Below, in pieces: positions 31,850-41,004 of a DNA stretch of 64,000 nt. The stretch is from a candidate division BRC1 bacterium ADurb.Bin183 (GTDB taxonomy: Bacteria; Sumerlaeota; Sumerlaeia; MWCT01). The stretch covers positions 256,492 through 320,491 of the forward strand of contig MWCT01000002.1 in the NCBI GenBank assembly GCA_002070185.1. The letters run 5' to 3'. Made by a program: the position numbers and the translations under genes. Position 1 is the stretch's first letter. Each line of letters starts with the position of its first letter. The notes under the pieces were generated by a model. It was not told the DNA's origin. It was given only the letters and a program-made list of their open reading frames with translations, and did not search any database.

Positions 31850-32476
31850 TCAACTTTTCGGTTTATCATCCGCTCCGAGGTTGGTGCGGAGAATTTGTCC
31901 ATTGCTGACGGTTCCATTTGTGGGGTCGTAAACAACCAAACCCGGGAGTCCGAGATAAACATAATTTGCGATATCCGGACCGGGAGAATTGAACGCCCAT
32001 TTGACCACGGCGCCATTTTGAGAAAATCTTTCCCAGATATCAATGGAATCAAATCCGAAGTCAAATTTGGCGTAATCAAAAACAATGGGCTGTATGACTG
32101 GATTTCCAATCGCGGCGTTTTCCTTGAAAGGTTTAGCAATGCTGAGGTTGCTATACGCAATATTGCGGGCGAAAAAGTTATCGGGAAGGTTTGTGATAAA
32201 GGCAATCGGCGTTGTAAGAAATTTCAAGCGCCCCATGAAAGTATTAATGCCGTCCGTATAATCCGGCGGGTAGCGGTTATAATCCACAGCATAGGCTTCG
32301 AGGGGAGCCGCGAGCGAGCGCATGTCGCTTCGTGTGCGGCTGACTTTTGAGCGCACCTGCGCCTCAAGAAAATTAGGAACGGCGATTGCGGCAAGGATGG
32401 CAATAATCGCCACCACTATCAAAAGTTCAATCAGCGTGAAGGCTGACGAACGATTTTTCCAAATCGTTTTGACCAT
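31850..32476 (-). CDS. Prepilin-type N-terminal cleavage/methylation domain protein (pseudopilin/GspG-like, DUF1559-like)
   Basis: Start set at MVKTIWKNRSSAFTLIELLIVVAIIAILAAIAVPNFLEAQVRSKVSRTRSDMRSL, the classic class-III signal peptide and N-terminal helix. Confidence 0.7.
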   Translation of the reverse strand: MVKTIWKNRSSAFTLIELLIVVAIIAILAAIAVPNFLEAQVRSKVSRTRSDMRSLAAPLEAYAVDYNRYPPDYTDGINTFMGRLKFLTTPIAFITNLPDNFFARNIAYSNLSIAKPFKENAAIGNPVIQPIVFDYAKFDFGFDSIDIWERFSQNGAVVKWAFNSPGPDIANYVYLGLPGLVVYDPTNGTVSNGQILRTNLGADDKPKS

Positions 32477-32798
32477 AAAGCTAATATCATCCTTATAGAG
32501 GTTATATCTTCGATACAAATGCAAAGCCCTCCCCGTCAATTAAGAAAATTTGGATTTCGCGCCAAACCTTTCAGCCCGTCCAAAAAAAGTTGGCTGCTCT
32601 TCGCTAAAAAAGTTTGGGAATTACCCGCAGCGTATGTGAGCGAAACTCAAGAATAATGAATCTGTTTTGAGCATGGACGATGCCATTCCCAATCGGATTT
32701 TAGCCATTATCTACGGAACAAAAGATGCGGGACAAAGCCGTTAGCTTTTGGGAAAATGGCACGCGGAATCCCAAATGGAATGGGCAAGTTATCAATAA

Positions 32799-35621
32799 TT
32801 ATTCCGCAGGAAAGACTTTCAATTCCACGAGATGAAGGCTTAGATTGGCGCTGTTATAGAGCATGTTAATCCGCACATAGCGCGCTTGAATCGGTGCGAA
32901 TGTATGCAAATCTCCCAATCGGACGGCGGCGTTGGTATTGCGGCTCATATCCGCCACCTGTGTCCAATTTTTTTCATCGGGCGAAACTTCTATTGTATAT
33001 TGATAATATCGGCTGCCATCCCAGTATGGAAAAACATGGATGGAATTGATGAGAGTCGGCTGCTCCAAATCCACCTGAAGCCAAACCGGTGCGGGCGGCA
33101 CAGACCACCATGAGGAGGCTTCTTTGTCGTATGCATTGCCGTCAACGGCAAGGTCGGGGGTGTGATTATCTTCATGCGGTTTGGAGGTTTTCACCGGTTT
33201 TCCAACGGCGATGCCCATCTTTTGCTCGTCATAAATGGAATCAAATTCAATTTTGCGTTCATCGGCTGAGAGAAGCGGCGAGGCGCTCACAACAACGGGT
33301 TTATTTCCCGCGGCGGTATATTGGGCAAAACGCTGTGCATATTCTTTTTTGTAGTCCGCAACGGCGCGTTCAAAACTCATGGGTTCTACGGATTTTGTTT
33401 TCCATTTAAAGACAACATGGCGTACGGAAGGGTTAAAGAATATTATTTTTTTATCTGATTTTATATGCGGGGCATCGGCTTCAAAATAAGAAAGTTCGAC
33501 GAAATAAGGGATATGAAAGACGATGGACTGGGGGGGTGTTCTGAATTTTTCTTTGATATCCAAAATCGCGCCATCATCAAGGAAGCGGAGGCGGAAGGAG
33601 ATTCTGCCGTTATCAACGGGCGCGTTTTGGAGGCTGACTTCTTTTCCGGGTTTAGCCCACTCTGGCGAAAGAACAGAACAGAGGTGAATTTCGCGTGGTT
33701 TTAATCCGCCGTCTCCGCCTTGTTCGTTGAGGAGCATGTTTCGGAGGAGGTGGTTGAACATAGCGGCGCCCCATCCGTGCGGCGGATAGTTGCCGTCCAC
33801 GTCGCGGTCGCCCCATGGCTCCGCCATCCATTCGAACATTTCATTTGTGGAGCCGGTGTGCAGGAGTATGGCATAAAAATCCCGAAGCGCCTCTTCTTGT
33901 TCGCCGCGAAAGATAAAGTTCTGCGCAGATTTAACGGTGAGGTAATGATGGAGGCGTCCCATATAGGTCATGAGACCTTCTTGATATTTTTCTCGCCGCA
34001 TTTTTTGAAGGGTGGCGGCAAGGCGGGGGTCAGCGGGGTCGAGGACTTCTGTCGGATAGACGCCTATCAAGTTGCCCCAATCCTGTCCGCCTTCAACATC
34101 CAAACCCGGCGGGATACAGCCATCCGCGCCGGAGACCTCTTCAAGTTTTTTCATAAAGGCTTTGAACAAATCGTCATATTCTTTTTTGAATTTTACGGCG
34201 TCGTCTTTATGAGCTGTCATTTCAGCGATACGGACTGCGGTTCTTAAACCGAGAAGCGCCCAGAAATTATGTCCGGTATAATGCCCCTTGATATATTCAT
34301 TGTCGGGAACATCGGTATAGGGCATGATTTGGAACGGGTCTTTGGCTCGCGCTTTTTTGAGCCATTCGACGGAAGGCGGGATGTGTTTATAAATCTGCTG
34401 CGCATAGTCGCGGTCATTTGTGATGATGGCATGGCTGCCGAGGATAAATAAGGCTTGTCCAAATCCATCGAGTTCCCCTTCTTGAGAAGAAAAAAGTCCA
34501 TCGGATTTTTGATATTTGGGAAAAACTTCAAGCGCCTTGCGGGCGATGTCATGATGTCCCCAGATGTCGTATGCGCGGATAATGTAGGCGGCATCCCGCA
34601 GCCAGAACCAGCGATACTGAAAGCGGTTGACGCCCTGCATCCAAAAGCCGTCCTTCTGCCAGAATGCTTGCCAGTCATACATGAGGCACGAGCGATGAGT
34701 ATCCATGACCTTTTTTTCTGGGATGGAAACCTGCGCTCCGCTTTTCATGAGATTATTCCAGAATTTGATAGTGCGGCGCCGCATGCGCGCGAAGTCCGCC
34801 TTTTGAATGGCTTTGATTTCAGACTTGTGCCGGAGGGAAACGGGGTTTGCGGGGATTTTGAATATGAAAGAGCGGGATTTGCCTGGGGCGAGTTCAGGGT
34901 CGAGGCGCAGCATCCCAACCGGCGACCAGTCCGTGATGTGGAACTCTCGTCCTTTGAACGGCGCAGAATAAGGCGCGCCGGGAACAGATTCTCTGCGCGC
35001 CTCTTTTGGATAAATGAGGATGAGTTTTCCATCGCGAAAAAGTGCGTCCTCAGTCATCTCATACCACCAGTCGGGCGAAAAGGAAAAAGGGCGCATATGC
35101 TCAAAGCGGTGGTCGCGTCCGGCGAAACAAGTGGCGGCGGCGAAGGAAGCCTTTGCGGGTTTATTGCCGATGTTTTTCATTTCCACTCGGACAAAAGTAA
35201 TCAGATTAGAGAGGGGATCTTTTGTGAGAGTCATGGCAAATGTTTCGATGCGATATTGAATAGCGCCGTCATTGATGGAGTATTGAACGATGGGGAGCCA
35301 TCCATCAAGGAGGGTTTTTTGTCTTGCCAGAATCGGTTTGAGGGGCTCGCCGCAAAAGAAACACAACTCCACACCGCCGGTATAAAGCGAGCCATCAAAG
35401 GTTACTTGCGTGCCTTTTTCACAGCCGGGAACACAGAGGGATGTGGAGGGTTTGGCAAGATAGCAAAAAGGTTCTTCGCGGTCAATGGCGGGGTCAACCA
35501 TGAGCGGGGTTTTCGGTTCAGCGGCATAAGTCAAAGAGATTAAAAAAAACGCTCCCAAAATTATAATATTTCTCAACATCGCTTTGTTTCCTCGATTATC
35601 CAATCTATTGTAAATTGCCAA
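32799..35621 (-). CDS. Secreted glycoside-hydrolase-like protein ((alpha/alpha)6-type suspected) with C-terminal F5/8 type C (discoidin) domain
   Basis: 940 aa with a signal peptide. The C-terminal roughly 150 aa (AVDGNAYDKEASSWWSVP ... YVRINMLYNSANLSLHLVELKVF) match the discoidin domain. Its stop abuts the SSF transporter gene. Confidence 0.55.
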   Translation of the reverse strand: MAIYNRLDNRGNKAMLRNIIILGAFFLISLTYAAEPKTPLMVDPAIDREEPFCYLAKPSTSLCVPGCEKGTQVTFDGSLYTGGVELCFFCGEPLKPILARQKTLLDGWLPIVQYSINDGAIQYRIETFAMTLTKDPLSNLITFVRVEMKNIGNKPAKASFAAATCFAGRDHRFEHMRPFSFSPDWWYEMTEDALFRDGKLILIYPKEARRESVPGAPYSAPFKGREFHITDWSPVGMLRLDPELAPGKSRSFIFKIPANPVSLRHKSEIKAIQKADFARMRRRTIKFWNNLMKSGAQVSIPEKKVMDTHRSCLMYDWQAFWQKDGFWMQGVNRFQYRWFWLRDAAYIIRAYDIWGHHDIARKALEVFPKYQKSDGLFSSQEGELDGFGQALFILGSHAIITNDRDYAQQIYKHIPPSVEWLKKARAKDPFQIMPYTDVPDNEYIKGHYTGHNFWALLGLRTAVRIAEMTAHKDDAVKFKKEYDDLFKAFMKKLEEVSGADGCIPPGLDVEGGQDWGNLIGVYPTEVLDPADPRLAATLQKMRREKYQEGLMTYMGRLHHYLTVKSAQNFIFRGEQEEALRDFYAILLHTGSTNEMFEWMAEPWGDRDVDGNYPPHGWGAAMFNHLLRNMLLNEQGGDGGLKPREIHLCSVLSPEWAKPGKEVSLQNAPVDNGRISFRLRFLDDGAILDIKEKFRTPPQSIVFHIPYFVELSYFEADAPHIKSDKKIIFFNPSVRHVVFKWKTKSVEPMSFERAVADYKKEYAQRFAQYTAAGNKPVVVSASPLLSADERKIEFDSIYDEQKMGIAVGKPVKTSKPHEDNHTPDLAVDGNAYDKEASSWWSVPPAPVWLQVDLEQPTLINSIHVFPYWDGSRYYQYTIEVSPDEKNWTQVADMSRNTNAAVRLGDLHTFAPIQARYVRINMLYNSANLSLHLVELKVFPAE

Positions 35622-37682
35622 TTACTTCAACACTTTTTCCCAGCCGGTTTTACTCATAATGGCGAACATGAGAGTTCCGCTGATGACGCCGATGGCGATG
35701 AGCCCGATGCCCTGTCCGGCGTAACCAAGGATGATTTTCCCGATTCCGAAAAGGAAGGAATAGACAACAATAACGCCGAGTATCCAGCAGGCAAGGTTGC
35801 CGGCAATGCCTTTATCAGGCACAACATCCGAAGCAAGGAGGCGCAAAGGCGCCCAGCCTGCGCCGCCGGGGCGCACACGGCGATAAAAATCAACAAGGCG
35901 TTTTTCCTCAACCGCAGGCGTCAAGTAGGTGACAGAGAGCCAGACCAGCAGGGTTGAGAACGCCGTGATAAGAATCTGATGATGCCCTTTGAGCTCAACG
36001 GGATGAATCAGATAAAGAATCATGACGAGCGCCATGACAATGACGGTGCAATGGGCTGTTACTTTGATACTTTTTTGCAGGGCGGGAAATACCGCGCCCG
36101 TCCATAGGGCAATCACCTCAATAACGGCGAATGTTCCCAATCCGATGCCGAGCAGATGGATGTAATCGAATATATCATTCATGGGATATTTGAAGCCGTA
36201 GATAAGGAAAAGGGCTATTGCCAGCGATGCGACCATCGAGGAAATCTCGCTCCATGCGTTGATGCGCCACCAATACCATCGAAGAAGGAAGACGACGCCG
36301 GTTCCGGCGCCGATAGTCAGCATCAATTTCCACGCCCCCTCCACGGATGTTATCTTGAAGGAGATGATGGTTCCCAAAAACAGGATAAGGATTGTGGAAA
36401 GACGGGAAACGCGAGTGTAATGTTTTGCTGTGGCATCTGGTTTGATAAACCTTTTATAAAAATCATTCACCACATAAGAGGCGCCCCAGTTTATCTGCGT
36501 GGAGATAGTGGACATAAAGGCGGCAAAGAAGGCGACAAGCATGAGTCCGCGCCAGCCGGGGGGCAGCACCTGCGACATCACCATCGGAAAACCAGCATTG
36601 GCGTCTGCGCCCGGGGCGATGAGGTGCGGGAATTTCACAGCCGCCACGAGGGCGACGATAATCCAGGGCCAGGGGCGGATTCCATAATGGGCAATTGTGA
36701 ACCATAATGTGGCAAGGAGAGAGTGTTTTTCATCCTTGCAGCTTGCCATGCGCTGGACAACGTAGCCGCCGCCGCCCGGCTCGGCTCCCGGATACCATGA
36801 CGCCCACCACGTGACGCCGATGAAAACGAAGAATGCGGAGAGTTCCATGAGCGGTTTGTCGGCGCTGAAGTTTGGTAAAAATCGAAGGACATCGCCGCTT
36901 TGCGCGCCATAGGCATTAACCAGTCCCCCCTTGAGCCCCGATATTCCGCCCACCCATTTGAGGGAAAAAATCGCAAGCGCAATGCACCCAAACATGGCAA
37001 TCCAGAACATGATGAAATCCGTCACGGAAACGCCCCACATGCCGGAGACGGCGCTGAAGAGTCCGGTGACTCCCATCAGGAGCAAAAGGAGGAGGATATT
37101 GGCAACGCTTGAGGCGCTCCATGAGGCGTGGAACATAGAATTGAGGCTGGCTGTGATGGAGTTCAGCGCAGGGGCAAAGGCGGGGATTTTATCCGGCTGA
37201 AGCGTGACATTCAGAACTTTTATCATGGCATTGGAAACCCATCCGACAATCAGGCAGTTCATAAGGATGGCAAGGTAGATGGCGCGAAAAGCGCGCAGGA
37301 AAGACGCTTCGGGTCCGCTGTATCGCAGTTCGATAAGTTCCACGTCTGTGATAACGCGGGAGCGGCGCCAGAGGCGCGCATACATGAAAACAGTGAGCAT
37401 CCCGCCCACAGCCATCGCCCACCAGACCCAGTTGCCCGCAATGCCGTCTTTAATCACCATACCGGTGACCGCAAGAGGCGTATCTGCGGCAAAGGTCGTG
37501 GCGACCATGGATGTGCCGGCAATCCACCACGGGAGAGAGCGTCCTGAGATAAAGAATTCCTCAAGACTCTTTCCGGCGCGTCCGCCGAATCCGATGCCGA
37601 TCGCCGCCATACCAATAATGTAGATGGCGATAACCCAGATGTCCAGCCTCGTCAGAACCATCGCTGTCGTTTGAGTTTCCAT
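35622..37682 (-). CDS. Sodium:solute symporter family (SSF) transporter
   Basis: 686 aa with about 14 TM. SSF signature region (GRSLPWWIAGTSMVATTFAADTPLAVTG). Confidence 0.8.
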   Translation of the reverse strand: METQTTAMVLTRLDIWVIAIYIIGMAAIGIGFGGRAGKSLEEFFISGRSLPWWIAGTSMVATTFAADTPLAVTGMVIKDGIAGNWVWWAMAVGGMLTVFMYARLWRRSRVITDVELIELRYSGPEASFLRAFRAIYLAILMNCLIVGWVSNAMIKVLNVTLQPDKIPAFAPALNSITASLNSMFHASWSASSVANILLLLLLMGVTGLFSAVSGMWGVSVTDFIMFWIAMFGCIALAIFSLKWVGGISGLKGGLVNAYGAQSGDVLRFLPNFSADKPLMELSAFFVFIGVTWWASWYPGAEPGGGGYVVQRMASCKDEKHSLLATLWFTIAHYGIRPWPWIIVALVAAVKFPHLIAPGADANAGFPMVMSQVLPPGWRGLMLVAFFAAFMSTISTQINWGASYVVNDFYKRFIKPDATAKHYTRVSRLSTILILFLGTIISFKITSVEGAWKLMLTIGAGTGVVFLLRWYWWRINAWSEISSMVASLAIALFLIYGFKYPMNDIFDYIHLLGIGLGTFAVIEVIALWTGAVFPALQKSIKVTAHCTVIVMALVMILYLIHPVELKGHHQILITAFSTLLVWLSVTYLTPAVEEKRLVDFYRRVRPGGAGWAPLRLLASDVVPDKGIAGNLACWILGVIVVYSFLFGIGKIILGYAGQGIGLIAIGVISGTLMFAIMSKTGWEKVLK

Positions 37683-37694
37683 ATTATCCTCCTT

Positions 37695-38027
37695 TTATTC
37701 ATTGACTTTCTTAAGTATTTTATCCGTGAGCGAGCGGTCAATGTTTTTTAGCGCATCCTCGACTGTGCGTTTGCCGCTGAGGACGAGGTCGAGTTTGGGA
37801 TTGAAGACGTCGTTTTCGAGCGTGCCGTAAAGGGGGGCGGCGGCAAGGGATGCTTTCATGGCTTTGGTTTGAGGCTTGAATTTGAATGATGCGGCATAAC
37901 GTCCGTTGGAATCTCGAACGGTTGAGATGGATGGCGGGGATTGATATTTTTCCCTCTGGGCAGCGCCCGCCAGCGGGAGCAACAGGAGACACAAAAAAAT
38001 AAGGGCGATTGATTTTCTGGGCATCAT
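37695..38027 (-). CDS. Small secreted hypothetical protein (first gene of the transporter operon)
   Basis: Start set at MMPRKSIALIFLCLLLLPLAGAAQ (signal peptide). 12 nt upstream of the SSF gene. Confidence 0.45.
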   Translation of the reverse strand: MMPRKSIALIFLCLLLLPLAGAAQREKYQSPPSISTVRDSNGRYAASFKFKPQTKAMKASLAAAPLYGTLENDVFNPKLDLVLSGKRTVEDALKNIDRSLTDKILKKVNE

Positions 38028-38235
38028 AAAGGGGAATATTCGTGGAGAAGCCCCGCGCAATCAATATAATTCTATTAATAATTCGGAGAATTTGATGTTA
38101 GGGCGCTGGGAAAATTTTCAAAAAATATGTAAAATATATTGACGTATTGTCGGGAATCCTATATATGGAATTAAAAATTATATGTTTGCATAATTAAGAA
38201 TAGAATAAATCCTCTTTTGAAAGGCAGCGGGATCT

Positions 38236-38706
38236 ATGAAAATTGGCGATAAAGTGCCCGACTTTTTTTTGCCAGACTGTAATGCCCAGCGAGTGCATAT
38301 AAGCAATTTTTTTCGGCATTGGGTGGTTCTTTATTTTTATCCGAAGGATAATGTAACCGCCTCTATACAACAGGCAAACGCATTTTCAAAAAACATCCAA
38401 GACTTTGAATCTTTGAACGCCGTTGTGGTGGGCGTTTGCAACGATACCATTGCCGGACTTTACAGTTTTACGAAAAGACATGCCGTCAGAATTATCCTTT
38501 TAAGCGATAAGGATGGTAAGGTGGCGCGCCAATTTGGCGTTTGGACTGCCAGAAGGATTGGAACGGAAGAAAAGCCCACAATAGCGCGAACAACCTTCAT
38601 CATCAATCCGGGCGGAACTATTGTGCATAAATGGGATAACGTCCGCATTGAGGGGCATCTCGAAGAGGTCAAAAACAAGCTCGAGGAATTACGCAAAAAG
38701 AAATAA
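38236..38706 (+). CDS. Bcp/peroxiredoxin-fold (AhpC/TSA family) protein lacking peroxidatic and resolving cysteines
   Basis: 156 aa. Aligns along its length with Bcp (VVLYFYPKD ... LLSDKDGKVARQFGVW), but the TPGC(T/S)xxxC block reads NVTASIQQAN. Confidence 0.65.
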   Translation: MKIGDKVPDFFLPDCNAQRVHISNFFRHWVVLYFYPKDNVTASIQQANAFSKNIQDFESLNAVVVGVCNDTIAGLYSFTKRHAVRIILLSDKDGKVARQFGVWTARRIGTEEKPTIARTTFIINPGGTIVHKWDNVRIEGHLEEVKNKLEELRKKK

Positions 38707-38713
38707 TTGCCAA

Positions 38714-39388
38714 TCAGGATTTCCCGCCCAGCCGCAGGCAAACAACTGCAATTAACGAAATCAAAGGGGCAAAGCGAAAAATAAGCGCGGCTTTTTGTTT
38801 TGGCGATTCAGCGGCGGCATAAGCCGCAAGGCGCTCCCCTGCTGCCATGCCCAGAGGACAGGCAAGCGCTGAGAGGGCAACGGCTACCGGCGCGAAATAA
38901 AGCGCCAAAGGATATTGGGTTCCCGGATAAACGCAGGCGGGGATGCCTGTCGCATATTTGACCAGCGGGAAAAGATTTACCGCCAGAAGCGCCGTTATTC
39001 CGCCCCAAAGGGCGCGCCCAGCATTTTTTTCCTTTAATCGCGCATCCAGTATCTTCCATATTAAAATAAATGCAAAGACTTCCGTATAGAAGGCGAACAC
39101 GGGATTGGCGATGGCGCCGTGAAGAACGGGCAGTTGAAGAAAGAAGGCGTCAAGGAGTTTATACACGGTTGCAATGCCCAGCATGAGAAGGAGACCGGTT
39201 GATTTGCGATTCATGGCAAGCCCGGCGGAGAAAAAGAAAATCGCCGCGCCGGTCATGATGGAGCCTGTGAGCATGCGGGAGCATCCTCCCCGCAAAGCCA
39301 TGCCCATTCCAGCCTCTGAAAGCCCCCAGAGGGAACCAAGCGCCAACGACGCCGTCCAGTTTGATTTATTATTAATTTTGTCCATCAA
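38714..39388 (-). CDS. Hypothetical polytopic membrane protein (5-6 TM)
   Basis: 224 aa, Gly/Ala/Leu-rich with multiple hydrophobic helices. No recognisable motif. Confidence 0.5.
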   Translation of the reverse strand: MMDKINNKSNWTASLALGSLWGLSEAGMGMALRGGCSRMLTGSIMTGAAIFFFSAGLAMNRKSTGLLLMLGIATVYKLLDAFFLQLPVLHGAIANPVFAFYTEVFAFILIWKILDARLKEKNAGRALWGGITALLAVNLFPLVKYATGIPACVYPGTQYPLALYFAPVAVALSALACPLGMAAGERLAAYAAAESPKQKAALIFRFAPLISLIAVVCLRLGGKS

Positions 39389-39455
39389 ACCCTCTCCGCA
39401 TATTATATATGGTTTTGATTAATCTTGCCGGCATGAGCAGGTCAAGGAAAAGATT

Positions 39456-39701
39456 TTACAGAAGGCGCCGGCAAGGGCGCGCGTCGGCTCCGGATGGAGG
39501 CGTGTGATTGTTTTCGTTTTCCTGATTGAAGCGCGATTTTTTTTCGTTGATGTAATTATCGAGGGAATCTTTGAGGATGCGCATATTTCGCGGGCTCATG
39601 CGCAATGCGGAAAGTTTGCCTTCTGATACGAGTTGATAGACAAATTTTCGGGAACAGTCGAGGATGTCGCTCACTTTTTTGACGCGTAGAAGTTCGGTCA
39701 T
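39456..39701 (-). CDS. Excisionase/MerR-superfamily-type helix-turn-helix DNA-binding protein
   Basis: 81 aa. RVKKVSDILDCSRKFVYQLVSEGKLSALRMSPRNMRI is the typical excisionase-family HTH. Confidence 0.6.
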   Translation of the reverse strand: MTELLRVKKVSDILDCSRKFVYQLVSEGKLSALRMSPRNMRILKDSLDNYINEKKSRFNQENENNHTPPSGADARPCRRLL

Positions 39702-39830
39702 GATTGCCTCCCATAAATTAAGAATTAAAACGAATCGGGTTATGGGGAAATTTATTATGTTTGTATCTTGACGTTCTATGGGATGTGTCTGATATTAATC
39801 TTGATTTTATCAAGAAGGGCTGGGGGGGGC

Positions 39831-40244
39831 ATGTTTGGTAAAAAGGTGAAGAAGAAAAAGAGCGGCAAGGAGATTCCTTCGCCAGTGTCTTGGTTGCTCA
39901 AACGTGTTATCCTTATTATCATTTTGATTGTGGCGGCTTTTTTTATCTTTCGCGGAGCATATCGTTTTTTGACGGGATGGGAATCTGCCAAATACAAAAA
40001 TTTCCGGGATGTTAAGATAGGAATGTCTTTTACGCTTGTTGAAAAATATATGGGAAATCCTGACCGTATGAGCGAGTTTAATATAGACCAGATGCCGGTC
40101 ATGGGATTCAATGAGCTCAAGCAGCGCGCGGCGTCAAGCCAAGCGGTCAAGTTTTATTATTATGACAATGGATTGCGTACGGTTTATATCTTTGGCGCGG
40201 ACAAAAAAAATACGCTGGTTTTTAAGGAACAGGTTCAAAAGTAG
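39831..40244 (+). CDS. Small membrane-anchored hypothetical protein
   Basis: Start set at MFGKKVKKKKSG (G-rich SD upstream). Single TM (VILIIILIVAAFFIF). Low-GC gene. Confidence 0.45.
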   Translation: MFGKKVKKKKSGKEIPSPVSWLLKRVILIIILIVAAFFIFRGAYRFLTGWESAKYKNFRDVKIGMSFTLVEKYMGNPDRMSEFNIDQMPVMGFNELKQRAASSQAVKFYYYDNGLRTVYIFGADKKNTLVFKEQVQK

Positions 40245-40251
40245 CTGATAA

Positions 40252-40947
40252 TTGATAATGAGAAGAATAAATTCCCAAGATTTATACGATTTTGATAGGG
40301 TGTTTTTTGAAGAGGGCGCGCGCCTTTTGTGCGGGATTGACGAGGCGGGACGGGGTCCTTTGGCTGGTCCGGTTGCCGCGGCGGCGGTAATTTTTGCGGA
40401 AGGGGTTTTCATCGAAGGGGTTGCCGATTCCAAGACTCTCGCGCCTGAAAAACGAGAGCGCCTTTATGAAGAGATTCTGAGCCGGGCATCGGAGGCGTCG
40501 GTTGGAATTGCTTCTGCGGAGGAAATTGACCGATTGAACATTCTTGCGGCAACGCATCTTGCGGCGGGGCGGGCGCTTGGGGCGCTTCCTATCACGCCCG
40601 ACCTTATCATTACGGATTTTCTAAAATTAAAAGATGTTTCGGCGCCGGTGCGCTTTTTTGCGCGGGGGGACGCGCTATCCCACGCCATTGCATCGGCTTC
40701 GATTCTGGCAAAGGTGGCGCGCGATAGGCTCATGATGAAATATCATGAGGAATATCCGATGTATGGTTTTGCCCAAAACAAGGGATACGGCACAAAGGAA
40801 CATTTGGATGCGCTGCGGAAATGGGGTCCGTGCCCGATTCATAGAAGGTCATTCAAGCGTGTGCTTCCCGAACGCGAGCGGATTTCAGATAGCATTGACG
40901 GCGGGAGGGGCGAAAAAATGTTGACGCTTGAAAGGGTTAATATATAG
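40252..40947 (+). CDS. rnhB: Ribonuclease HII
   Basis: LLCGIDEAGRGPLAGPVAAAAV (the DEAGRG catalytic motif) and the downstream DSKTLAPEKRE region. Confidence 0.9.
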   Translation: MIMRRINSQDLYDFDRVFFEEGARLLCGIDEAGRGPLAGPVAAAAVIFAEGVFIEGVADSKTLAPEKRERLYEEILSRASEASVGIASAEEIDRLNILAATHLAAGRALGALPITPDLIITDFLKLKDVSAPVRFFARGDALSHAIASASILAKVARDRLMMKYHEEYPMYGFAQNKGYGTKEHLDALRKWGPCPIHRRSFKRVLPERERISDSIDGGRGEKMLTLERVNI

Positions 40948-41004
40948 TATTTATATTAATAAATATATTAAAACCAAAGTTAAAAATTCAACGGGAAAGC
41001 ATCT

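Noticed and set aside
32540-32798. 259-nt spacer between the prepilin-like gene and the 940-aa gene, examined for a terminator or sRNA
   Set aside because: Only a 5-bp stem with a 15-nt loop was found. There is no convincing structure or conserved box.
34455-35543. 362-aa plus-strand ORF and several other ORFs of 100 aa or more antisense to the 940-aa glycosidase-like gene and the SSF transporter gene
   Set aside because: All overlap confidently called genes on the opposite strand and show no recognisable motifs.
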